Positions 36,870 to 49,179 of a stretch of DNA of 64,000 nt are shown here, in pieces. The notes under the pieces were generated by a model, which was given only the letters and a program-made list of their open reading frames with translations, made no database searches and was not told the origin of the DNA. The stretch's first letter is position 1. Every line of letters starts with the position of its first letter. This stretch comes from Macrostomum lignano (lineage: Eukaryota), in contig NIVC01002263.1 in NCBI GenBank assembly GCA_002269645.1, positions 62,001 to 126,000 on the forward strand, given 5' to 3'. The translations under genes and the position numbers were made by a program.

Positions 36870-39822
36870 ATATCATATATAAGTCAATACTTTTTAAGTT
36901 TCTATAAATATAAGGTGGTAGGGCCTTACTGATTAATAAGTAGCCAAACCCAAATATAAACACAAAAATAACAAAAATTCCATATGAGACAAGACAAAAT
37001 ATACTCTTATGTATTACTTTTGTGATTTCTTTTATCAATAAAAAATAGCTAAAATAGTTGGCCTTTGAGACAGTGCATTAATAATAGTATGATACTATAC
37101 AATAGTGCTAATAGTAACTCATTTTCTTAGAAACTTTAGTTCAAATCTGCGCTAAAAAGAAATTACTAGTATTTTTGTTTAAATGTGGTGAGTTGCAAAA
37201 ATATTTCGCGATTAATATTTGTTATAAACTATAATGATTTCTACTATAAATAGAAGCTCTGAGCAGGGCAAGAGGACCAACTCGGACAACTCGCCCAACT
37301 CGTTTAACTTGTTCGTTTGTGTGCTTTAGCAAAAGCTAAAATCTGACAAGAAAATTGTTCAGTGTCTTATTCATTTCTTAGAGTGGAAGCCCCAACTTGG
37401 GAGTAATATTAAGATCCACTAAAAGCGAGAAGTCGCCTCAGGGCAGTAATAGTAAATTCGCCTCAGGGCAGGAGAACCGCCTCAGAGCGAGAGAAAATCG
37501 CCTCAGGGCAAGGAAAATATAAAGCTGTGACCCTCTGATCCAGGGAACGCCTAGGACTGAGAGATATAAGAGTAGACAGTGCCAATAGACTGCTCAGGCA
37601 AAAGGTACAGTACATGTACAACCGCTACCATTAGATAAGTAGACGCTATCAATATAAGTAGATAAGTAGATACTACCAATATTATTAGTACATTTATGCA
37701 AAAAGTACATTAAGTAGAAAGACAGAATTAACAGGCCTGCAACAACTTTGGTGGCAGAGAGTAAAGTTAAACAAAAGAATAAATAAGAGCCCTGGGACAG
37801 CTTTTGGTGGCATTTAGTGGGATTCTCAGTGTATAGGGAAGAGCACTGTAACAGCTTGGTAACAGCAGTGGGATATTATTAAGAAGGAAGCAAAACCCCC
37901 TGTGACAACTTTGGTGGCATAACGGTGGAATTCTCATAGAGAGCCAAAAGGCCTGTGACACCTTTTAAATATTTTTTTGGATTATGTTTTGTTTCAAAAG
38001 AATATAAAAATACACTATATAATATTAAGTAAAGCCATTACTAGGCATTAGCAACAATACTAATAATTTAATTTCTAAAATAACTAATAAGTATTATATT
38101 TTGAGTGTGCTAATTTGCTATTATTTAGTTGTTTTAAATATTTATTTAGTTTGATTATTCCTTTCTGTCTGGAGATAGATTTTTTAACTATACTATACTA
38201 TACACTACAACATATTTAAATCTTAATATCATTTCAGAGCAAAGTGTAACTAGGTTTTCCAGATAATTTTTACAGATAAACTTTTTAATGTTCATTAAAT
38301 AGACAACAATCACCTTTCAACACATTTTTAAATAAGTTTTTGTTTTTAACTGTAAACTGTTATACTATTGGCTCATATCATATTGGGGCCCTAGATAGAT
38401 ACATGCAAATCATGTAGAGTAAATGTTTTAGAAAAATATTAAATTAACTGGATCTCACACACAACACAACAAATTTTTCCTTAGCTCAACCCAGAGACAT
38501 TACGTCGTTACCGCTAAACTAAACTAAGCATTCACCGCATTGAAATGCGAGGGAAAAGTGAATTGACCGACATTCGGCGATAATTTTGAGTTTGCACAAA
38601 CAGTACTAAAATATAACAAATGTATTATAAGTACCAGGTACCTTAAAATTTCAAAGGACTTAAGTCACTTTCTTTCTTAAAGTACTTCACAAATTTATCT
38701 CTGAAGAGAAGTTTTAGCCTCAAAAAGTAAATAAATATTATGATTAAAAAGCGACTGACAATTTAACAGAATTATCTAAATGATCTTTCAAGATCAGTGT
38801 GTACTTACGAGTATGCAAAGGTAGAATTTTTCATTGGAATGGTCAGTTTATTAAACTTTATATCTTTTTTAAGATAAATTAAATACATCTGAAAGCTGGG
38901 ACTACATATCACGTGAAGAAGTCCTTGATCATGAGTGAAGAACATGCGAATGCACCCGTTTCGAGATTCACTGCAGTGAACAATGAAAGTTGCCGTGTTT
39001 TTACGTTCTTTCTCCTATGTGGTCCTTGCCAGCAACGTGTTAGCGCGAAGTTTATTAGATTGAGCTAAACACACATTTACAGTACGATTGACACGAATAC
39101 ATGTACCAAAGACCGACTAGTTGCTGGTGGATCAAAGCCAGTCATCATTCAGCTCGTACAAGGTTTCACGTATATGTAGGCTTCTTTTATTGAACTATTC
39201 AGTGAGTAAATTAAGATGTGAATTACGAGCAAATATAGCCGTGGCATCTACGCGAATCAACGTAGTCTTGCATGTATGAAAGAATCAGTACGGGATATAT
39301 AATGGATCATTTATATTGAAGTGCATGCATACGCGAATAAACTCAGCAGCCGTTTCAAATTACCGTCGATGTAGTCCAGGCTTCTATAGAAAATTACGAG
39401 TTTTAAGCAAATTGCTTGGATGCTATTAAAAAATTGCTGCCTCTCGGTAAGGCTCGTATAATTTTCGATTTTTGTCTGAATACGTAGCATTTTAATGACC
39501 CAAATGAAGTAAGTTCAAAATTGGAATTATTTTACCCTGAAATTGTAAATAAATCTGATTAAAAAAAACAAAAAAAAGATTCCCGCAATTTTTTATTAAG
39601 TAATAAATTTTAAGGAATCGTATCGTATATAATATACTGGAATTTATCACAATATTAAGATAGAGTACATAAACGTTATCGTTACAAAACATTTAAAAAA
39701 TACAATACTCGTAGTATTGGAGAACTGTAAATAGAAATCAGCATTGTACGAGTATTGAAATCTATATGGATATTGAGAAAGTTGTCTTCTAAGACACTGC
39801 AAAACAAGGCTAAACGCAAGCG

Positions 39823-40444
39823 TCACAGGCCCGTGTACCGAGTTCTAGGCCGCGATTCCATAACGCAGGCAATCTCACGCTGATAGACCAGAAACGCTCT
39901 AGTCGCAAAGTCGAGCGGCAGGTACTGGTACACAGAGTGCACGTAATTCACTTCGGTCGCTAATAGCGCTCTCCGGACCGCATTACGGCAAGCAAAACGC
40001 AACGACTGCGGCGAGTTAATTGCTACTGAACAGCGGGATGAATTAATAGTGCGGCGCAGTTCATTAACGGCCGACTCCGCGGCAGCCAGTTGCGATTGGC
40101 TGGCGCCCCGGCCAATTAGAGCCGCTTGAACACCCGAGTAGTTGTACACGCCAAGAAGTGCACTAAAAAATGCTTCCGGGCGCATCAGCGAATCCAGCAG
40201 GAATGGACTCTCGGCTACATATCGATTGACTATTGGCTCGCGCTCGTGTTCGTCTGGGAACAGAGCCCGGGTGGGCCGCAGCGGCGGCTCGATGTGCTCC
40301 TCGGCCCATACTGTGGTCTCCTTCACCAGACTGGTGTAGCTGACTAGGCAGCGGCAGGCCACGGCCGGATCGGTGTGGCCCACCGGCTGCATAAGGCCAA
40401 CAAGCAGGTGCATTGTGAACGATACGTAGCTGTCCATCGCGCGT
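39823..40444 (-). CDS. Ankyrin repeat and SOCS box protein (ASB-like), exon 2 with C-terminal SOCS box
   Basis: SPQSLRFACRNAVRRAL...YLPLDFATRAFL matches the SOCS-box BC box and cullin box pattern; acceptor ggtttgcag|A completes the phase-2 codon of exon 1. Confidence 0.82.
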
Positions 40445-40559
40445 CTGCAAACCGGTTGGCAAGGGAGAGAATGTACAGGCTTTTATCTAACCACTTCTCC
40501 CTGTCACGCTGGAACCACTCACTGCCGTTGCTTGCTGATCATCATTCCTCTTGATTTCT

Positions 40560-40980
40560 GATCAGATTTCTCCACGTTGCTTTCTAATCAACCTATTTGC
40601 TTTCTGATCACTCCCTTTGCTTTCTGATCAACCTATTTGCTTTCTGATCACTCCTTTTGCTTTCTGATCAACCTATTTGCTTTCTGATCACTCCCTTTGC
40701 TTTCTGATCAACCTATTTGCTTTCTGATCACTCCTTTTGCCTTCTGATCAACCTATTTGCTTTCTGATCACTCCTTTTGCTTTCTGATCAACCTATTTGC
40801 TTTCTGATCACTCCGTTTGCTTTCTGATCACTCCCTTTGCTTTCTGATCAACCTATTTGCTTTCTGATCGCTTGCTTTGCTTTCTGATCACTCCCTTTGC
40901 TTTCTGATCAACCTATTTGCTTTCTGATCAACCTATTTGCTTTCTGATCGCTTGCTTTGCTTTCTGATCACTCTGCTTTT
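40560..40980. repeat. 20-bp intronic minisatellite TTTGCTTTCTGATCA + (ACCTA/CTCCY), two alternating variants, about 21 copies
   Basis: Directly visible. Confidence 0.93.
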
Positions 40981-41270
40981 TATTACTTTCGGTGACTTTC
41001 TTATCACTCTCTTGTTTTGTGCTCACTCCCCTTTGTGTCTGGTCACTACCACTGGTTTCTGACGGTCACTCCCCTTGATTTCTGGTCTCCCGAGTAGCTT
41101 TCTGATTAAACCTGGTGCATTCTCAATATTCTTATCACTCTCCATGATCCTCACCCTGGAGTAGTTACTACCCACTAACGTCTATAGCAAATCGATGATT
41201 GTCACGCTCAATGATAGACTCCCCTCATTATCTGATAAAACGAGTCAACATCGCTCTAGAAGTCACTCAC

Positions 41271-41668
41271 TCTCGCGTCATGCTGTCAATGAAAGCGCGC
41301 AACACATCGCGCCAAAGAATTGGAGCCCGTCTGGCCAACTCAAGCATAGCCCTGGGCGCCCTGGCACTAACGGAACAGTCTAACGGGCTCTGGCCAAGAA
41401 AGTTTCTAACTGTAGGATTGGCGCCCAGCTCAATCAAAGCGCGCACGGAGCCAGCCCGGTCCGATCTGGCGGCCAGGTGCAAGGCGGTTAGCGCAGACTG
41501 ATTAGTGATCTCATCATTAACACCCAGCCGGCCGCTAGTAACTAGATCGCGCATAGCATCGGCGTCCTCGTCTAGGACGGCCGTCTCCATTCGCCGTTTC
41601 GGATTGCTGTCCGAATTGGCAGACAAAAACTGCAGTAGAACGCTGCCGCCGCCAGGCTGATTGGCCAT
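41271..41668 (-). CDS. ASB-like protein, exon 1 with ankyrin repeats
   Basis: LTALHLAARSDRAGSVRALIELGANPTVRNFLGQSPL is a canonical ankyrin repeat; donor GA|gtgagt (phase 2); joined CDS is 1020 nt = 339 aa plus stop. Confidence 0.85.
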
Positions 41669-42084
41669 GTAATATGCTTTCTTTATTATTACTGCTCACC
41701 CAAACTAATTAACTATTGAGAACCGGTAAATACCAAAAGACAGGTGAGCCCGGCTGCAATAGAGAATATCGATTGGCTACTTTATATTAGATTTTACACA
41801 GCTGTAGGGAATGTCATTTTAATCATCCTAACTCAAGCTTATTACATACTGGCATAGTACAGGTGAACAAGGTTACTTGGAGGCGATGCGAGGAGATGCG
41901 TCCCACCCCAAATGAAACATAACGAGGCCAACAGACTCTGAAATGATAGGGATTTATATTTTAACGGCCTCAATGACTTCAATAAACAGTGGCGCCAACC
42001 AAAAGACAGAGACACCAGCCTGTTTCTGATATACAACTGTAGGGGCACTAACCAACTGGTGCCCAACCAATAACATGGGAGAGC

Positions 42085-43218
42085 CAACCAAGAGATAGGA
42101 GAGCGGCGCCAACCAAGAGATAGGAGAGCGGCGCCAACCAAGAGATAGGGGAGCGGCGCCAACTAAGAGATAGGAGAGCGGGGCCAACTAAGAGATAGGA
42201 GAGCGGCGCCAACCAAGATATAGGGGAGCGGCGCCAACCAAGATATAGGGAAGGGGCGCCAACCAAGATATAGGGGAGGGGCGCCAACTAAGAGATAGGG
42301 GAGGGGCGCCAACCAAGATATAGGGGAGGGGCGCCAACCAAGATATAGGGGAGGGGCGCCAACTAAGAGATAGGGGAGGGGCGCCAACCAAGATATAGGG
42401 GAGGGGCGCCAACCAAGATATAGGGGAGGGGCGCCAACCAAGATATAGGGGAGGGGCGCCAACTAAGAGATAGGGGAGGGGCGCCAACCAAGATATAGGG
42501 GAGGGGCGCCAACCAAGATATAGGGGAGGGCGCCAACCAAGATATAGGGGAGGGGCGCCAACTAAGAGATAGGGGAGGGGCGCCAACCAAGATATAGGGG
42601 AGGGGCGCCAACCAAGAGATAGGAGAGCGGCGCCAACTAGGAGATAGGGAAGGGGCGCCAACGAAGACAGAAGCGCCAACCAAGAGATAGGGGAGGGGCG
42701 CCAACGAAGACAGAATCGCCAACCAAGAGATAGGGGAGGGGCGCCAACGAAGACAGAATCGCCAACCAAGAGATAGGGGAGGGGTGCCAACCAAGAGATA
42801 GGGAAGGGGCGCCAACGAAGACAGAAGCGCCAACCAAGAGATGGGGGAGGGGTGCCAACCAAGAGATAGGGGAGGGGCGCCAACGAAGACAGAATCGCCA
42901 ACCAAGAGATAGGGGAGGGGCGCCAACGAAGACAGAATCGCCAACCAAGAGATAGGGGAGGGGCGCCAACGAAGACAGAATCGCCAACCAAGAGATAGGG
43001 GAGGGGCGCCAACGAAGACAGAATCGCCAACCAAGAGATAGGGGAGGGGCGCCAACGAAGACAGAATCGCCAACCAAGAGATAGGGGAGGGGCGCCAACG
43101 AAGACAGAAGCGCCAACCAAGAAATAGGGTAGGGGTGCCAACTAAGAGTTAGGGGAGGGGCGCCAACCAAGAGATAGGAGAGGGGCGCCAACGAAGACAG
43201 AAGCGCCAACCAAGAGAC
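42085..43218. repeat. Compound minisatellite: 24-26 bp units (GGCGCCAACCAAGAGATAGGGGAGG) changing into ~43-bp higher-order units
   Basis: Directly visible; explains the WRPSPISWLAPLP ORFs. Confidence 0.93.
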
Positions 43219-44557
43219 AGTGGATCCGTTACTGTAGATAGAATTTTAGGATATAGAAGCATTCAGATTCACCAAATGTGTACCAATGCAGAGCATGTTT
43301 AAAAAAGCTTAACTGTAGACAACTGGATTGACAGTTAACTTGATTTTTTAGATATAGAAATCTATACCGGAGCAAGTCACTGGCACCAAAGCTGTCCTAT
43401 AAAACACTATACTGTACTCCACGAAAACTATTATAGGTAAAACCGTAGCCTCTTTACCTAGTTTAGCAAAGTAAGTACAGAGGCTCGATGTCGTGGAGGT
43501 TAAAAGTCTTGAAAGCGATGCAATACAGTCACTGTAGGTAGCTGGATTGACAGTCTATTTGATATACAGCCTTGTTAAAGCTGGCAAATCACTGGCACCA
43601 AAGTTACCCTTATAGCGTGCGTAATATATCCACTGCCAATGCCTGATAGCCGTGACACCTTTGAGAGAAAACTGTGAAGGGTTTCATTTCAAAGGGACAC
43701 AGGAGTGGAATAAACTGTAGCAATATTTAACTGATAATAATAATATATAAATAATGTGCACATTAAAACACCAATCGAGTCATTTGATTTTTATTGAAAA
43801 AAATGGTTTAATCGAAATATATTTTTTACCTAACACAAATAGATGTATAATAAGCTTTAGCCAGTCAGCTTTTCGTCTTCAACAACAACACATTGCAGGC
43901 TAATAAACATTAATAAACAGCTATACGCCAACAAAAGATGGAGAGAGAAATCACTGGGCAAAGCTGAGACGGTGCTTCTATTGTATTAAGGAAATATTCA
44001 AGCTGGCTATTGAAATAAAAAAACACTAGCGACTATCAGTGTTCAGCTAATTGAACCGGTAATTTTGAATAATTATTAATAACGCGTATTAGTTTAACAG
44101 AGCATTGCCAGTAACACGATAGCTGTCTCAGTTAATCCGGGGGGATATTAAATGGCAGCCGGCAGAGCAATAATAATTTCACTTATTTTTCAATAGATGA
44201 ACAGACTCCTGTAAATGCTTGCAGCACGCGTTATAGAGAAAACACACAGGGATGACAGATAGGTAACAAAAGTTACTCAAGATAGCTCCCCATCCCCCAG
44301 AAGATGAGACGCGCGGCCTGTCACAACGCAAACAGTGATTGCCAAAATACAATAGAGATGTTTAAACTATAACAAAATTTGAACTAACCAATGATACTAC
44401 AAATATTTAAACTTTTTTAAATCATCCAAAAGATGGTAAACAAACCTATGCTAAGCTGACAAGTCTGGTAGAAAAAAACAGCTACAGTTGGTAAAAAATG
44501 TGTTCGTCAGAGGTCCTATTTAAACTCGCGAAGACTCTCAAATAGCAAGCAATGGTT

Positions 44558-44914
44558 TTACATCATGCCGCCCATACCACCCATGCCGCCCATACCACCC
44601 ATGCCGCCCATACCGCCGGCGCCCATCTCCTTCTCCGGCTTAGGAATCTCGGTGACAACAGCTTCGGCTGTAGTCAGCAGCGAAGCCACACCGGCGGCGT
44701 CAACCAGGGCGGTGCGGACAACCTTAGTGGGGTCGATGATGCCCTTCTCGATCATGTTAACGTACTGGCCGTTGAGAGCGTCGTAGCCCATATCACCGCC
44801 GAGTTCGGTGACCTTCTCAACAACTAGATCGCCATTAATGCCGGCGTTGCTAGCGATAGTATGGCAGGGGATGCGCAGAGCGCGGCGGACAATCTCAATG
44901 CCCACTGTCTGGTC
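44558..44914 (-). CDS. HSPD1: Mitochondrial chaperonin Hsp60, exon 4 (GGM tail, stop)
   Basis: [27 protein letters not shown] and C-terminal GGM repeats; acceptor ccacag|GAC (phase 0). Confidence 0.96.
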   Translation of the reverse strand, partial: DQTVGIEIVRRALRIPCHTIASNAGINGDLVVEKVTELGGDMGYDALNGQYVNMIEKGIIDPTKVVRTALVDAAGVASLLTTAEAVVTEIPKPEKEMGAGGMGGMGGMGGMGGMGGMM

Positions 44915-45280
44915 CTGTGGGAACGATGATGAATGCACTGAGTAAGTAGCAGTCAAGCAATTGAGAAAATCAATAGACATGGATAAGAGGGGCTACCCCC
45001 CTGACCACAGATACTAAGTACACTAGCCAGTGTACTCAACCCATGGATGAATAAAACCATATTTAGCAAAACTATAACTACTCTCTGTCCAGTAGTAAGA
45101 GCGTAAAAGCAACATTAATTTATTCAAATGGAATTACTAGCTCCACTAGTGTATTTTGATCCACTACCAGACTTGGCCATAGATAAAAGAATGGAAAGCA
45201 GCAGTTGGCAGCGTTTGACAAGGAGTTCTATAATTAGCATCTGGAGTGGAAGGACACTTAAAACACTTAACCAATCATAC

Positions 45281-45688
45281 CGGATTGACAGGCTTCAGCG
45301 TGTCCAGAGACGGCCTGCAGCGGAGCAGAGCAACGCCGCCGCCAGGCACGATGCCCTCCTCAACGGCTGCCCGAGTAGCGTTCAGAGCGTCCGTGTAGCG
45401 ATCGCGCTTCTCGCTGACCTCAACCTCCGAGGAGCCGCCGACGCGGATGACGGCGACGCCGTTGCTGAGCTTGGCCAGACGCTCCTGCAGCTTCTCCTTC
45501 TCGTAGTCGCTGCTGGTGTCTTCAATCTCGTCCTTGATCTGGTTGACTCGCTTGTCAATGCTGGCCCGCTCGCCTTTGCCCTTCATCAGCAGGGTGTCGT
45601 CCTTGGTGACGATGGCCTCGCCGACCCTGCCGAAATCGCTAGCCTGGATGTCCTCCAGCTTGTACATGTCGGCTTCGTCGCCGAAGAC
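45281..45688 (-). CDS. HSPD1: Hsp60 exon 3
   Basis: [29 protein letters not shown]...[22 protein letters not shown]; boundaries cag|GTC and CCG|gtatga, both phase 0. Confidence 0.96.
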
Positions 45689-45774
45689 CTGCGGTGTCAA
45701 ATTAGGGCAACATCGGTGCATCTTAACAGTCTGAGTTTTTATATTGTCAAAGCTCAAAATCCGTATGGTTTTGC

Positions 45775-47470
45775 TGTGTATTATGGCGCCCCTCTAGTGT
45801 GTATTATGGCACCTCCTCTAGTGTGTATTATGGCACCTCTCTAGTGTGTATTATGGCGCCTCTCTAGTGTGTATTATGGCGCCTCTCTAGTGTGTATTAT
45901 GGCGCCTCTCTAGTGTGTATTATGGCACCTCCTCTAGTGTGTATTATGGCACCTCTCTAGTGTGTATTATGGCGCCTCTCTAGTGTGTATTATGGCGCCT
46001 CTCTAGTGTGTATTATGGCGCCTCTCTAGTGTGTATTATGGCGCCTCTCTAGTGTGTATTATGGCGCCTCTCTAGTGTGTATTATGGCACCTCCTCTAGT
46101 GTGTATTATGGCACCTCTCTAGTGTGTATTATGGCGCCTCTCTAGTGTGTATTATGGCGCCTCTCTAGTGTGTATTATGGCGCCTCTCTAGTGTGTATTA
46201 TGGCGCCTCTCTAGTGTGTATTATGGCGCCTCTCTAGTGTGTATTATGGCACCTCCTCTAGTGTGTATTATGGCACCTCTCTAGTGTGTATTATGGCGCC
46301 TCTCTAGTGTGTATTATGGCGCCTCTCTAGTGTGTATTATGGCGCCTCTCTAGTGTGTATTATGGCACCTCCTCTAGTGTGTATTATGGCACCTCCTCTA
46401 GTGTGTATTATGGCGCCTCTCTAGTGTGTATTATGGCACCTCTCTAGTGTGTATTATGGCACCTCTCTAGTGTGTATTATGGCACCTCTCTAGTGTGTAT
46501 TATGGCGCCTCTCTAGTGTGTATTATGGCACCTCTCTAGTGTATTATGGCACCTCTCTAGTGTGTATTATGGCGCCTCTCTAGTGTGTATTATGGCGCCC
46601 CTCTAGTGTGTATTATGGCGCCCCTCTAGTGTGTATTATGGCGCCTCTCTAGTGTGTATTATGGCGCCCCTCTAGTGTGTATTATGGCGCCTGTCTAGTG
46701 TGTATTGTGACGCCTCTCTAGTGTGTATTATGGCGCCCCTCTAGTGTGTATTATGGCACCTCTTTAGTGTGTATTATGGCGCCTCTTTAGTGTGTATTAT
46801 GGCGCCTCTTTAGTGTGTATTATGGCGCCTGTCTAGTGTGTATTGTGACGCCTCTCTAGTGTGTATTATGGCGCCTCTCTAGTGTGTATTATGGCGCCCC
46901 TCTAGTGTGTATTATGGCGCCCCTCTAGTGTGTATTATGGCGCCCCTCTAGTGTGTATTATGGCGCCTCTCTAGTGTGTATTATGGCGCCCCTCTAGTGT
47001 GTATTATGGCGCCTGTCTAGTGTGTATTGTGACGCCTCTCTAGTGTGTATTATGGCGCCCCTCTAGTGTGTATTATGGCGCCTGTCTAGTGTGTATTGTG
47101 ACGCCTCTCTAGTGTGTATTATGGCGCCTGTCTAGTGTGTATTATGGCGCCTCTTTAGTGTGTATTATGGCGCCTCTTTAGTGTGTATTATGGCGCCTCT
47201 TTAGTGTGTATTATGGCGCCCCTCTAGTGTGCATTATGGCACCTCTCTAGTGTGTACTATGGCACCTCTCTAGTGTGTATTATGGCGCCTCTCTAGTGTG
47301 TATTATGGCGCCTCTCTAGTGTGTATTATGGCGCCTCTCTAGTGTGTATTATGGCGCCTCTCTAGTGTATTATGGCGCCTGTCTAGTGTGTATTATGGCG
47401 CCTCTTTAGTGTGTATTATGGCACCTCTCTAGTGTGTATTATGGCACCTCTCTAGTGTGTATTATGGCGC
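45775..47470. repeat. 23-bp intronic minisatellite (CTAGTGTGTATTATGGCGCCTCT)n, about 73 copies with sectored variants
   Basis: Directly visible in Hsp60 intron 2. Confidence 0.95.
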
Positions 47471-47503
47471 TCCCACTTTTATGGTTAAAATCCGCACCCC
47501 CCT

Positions 47504-47800
47504 CATACATGCGCAACAGTCGGCCGAGTCGGCCGATCTGGCCGACCGATTTGGCGACCAACCAAGGAAGTCGCAAAAATTCCCACCCGAAAAAATACCA
47601 AAGTAGTAGTACTAAGTAGCTGACGAGGCATTTTGACTTAATAAGACAGTCATAGTTACTCCTGCCGTTTATCCAAAGTTGCGTTAAATGAGTCAGGGTT
47701 TTTTTTATATGTAAGTCGCATTTTTGGCCAAAAACTACGTCGCATTTTTGTTAAAATGAAGTCGCATGGCCGACCGAATTTTGGAGGTTGCGCATGTATG
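47504..47800. mobile_element. 297-bp MITE with perfect 14-bp TIR CATACATGCGCAAC and 8-bp TSD ACCCCCCT (hAT-type)
   Basis: TIRs at 47504-47517 and 47787-47800; exact TSD at 47496-47503 and 47801-47808; internal GGCCGA/GTCGCA subterminal motifs. Confidence 0.88.
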
Positions 47801-47862
47801 ACCCCCCTTCATTTTATATCTCTAAACCCGCCTCTGGGAACATACTATAAACCATGGCTAAC

Positions 47863-48131
47863 CTGTCCGCCAGTGGCAATGGCCATATCCAGCATCGTGT
47901 TCTTGCGATTATCGCCAAAACCGGGCGCCTTGACGGCGCAGACCTGCAGGCCAACTTTCAGCCTATTGAGCACCAGAGTAGTCAGGGCCTCGCCGTCAAC
48001 ATCTTCGGCAATGATGAGCAGCGGCTTGCGATGCGAGTTAGCCAGCTCAAGAGCCGGGATCAACTGCTGGGCGTTGGAGATTTTCTTCTCGCTAAATAGG
48101 ACGAGAGCGTCTGAGAACTCACACTTCGCAC
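47863..48131 (-). CDS. HSPD1: Hsp60 exon 2
   Basis: [42 protein letters not shown]; boundaries cag|GT (phase 1) and CAG|gttagc (phase 0). Confidence 0.96.
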
Positions 48132-48221
48132 CTGAAATGGTGAAGGAGGTTATACTTTCCATTTTAGCAACAGAAAATAATACTGGCTTTCTTAGTTTTA
48201 TCTAAATTAAAGGATATAAAA

Positions 48222-48305
48222 GTGGGGTAGCAGTGCAATCTCAAGGATCTGAGGGGGTAGCTTTGCATCTCAAGGATCTGAGGGGGGTAGCAGTGCAATC
48301 TGAAG
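48222..48305. repeat. ~30-bp unit, 3 imperfect copies (GGGGTAGCAGTGCAATCTCAAGGATCTGAG) in Hsp60 intron 1
   Basis: Directly visible. Confidence 0.8.
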
Positions 48306-48450
48306 GATGGTTTCACATGCGTTAATGTGGGGCAAGTACTACGAGCCATATGGCGCGACCCCTAGTGTGTGTCTACTCGTATTACTCGTATTAGAACTCG
48401 TATTACTTTGAGTTCGCTGGCCAAATAGAAAAAGGGAAATTAATCAGCTA

Positions 48451-49179
<729 letters not shown>

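Noticed and set aside
37430-37515. CGCCTCAGGGCA repeated four times with short variable spacers, superficially CRISPR-like
   Set aside because: The repeat is 12 bp, spacers are only about 6-15 bp, there are no cas genes and the context is eukaryotic; more likely transposon subterminal motifs.
43313-43612. Imperfect ~90-bp direct duplication (actgtag...ctggattgacag...tcactggcaccaaag)
   Set aside because: Two diverged copies with no ORF, TIR or TSD; treated as an old local duplication.
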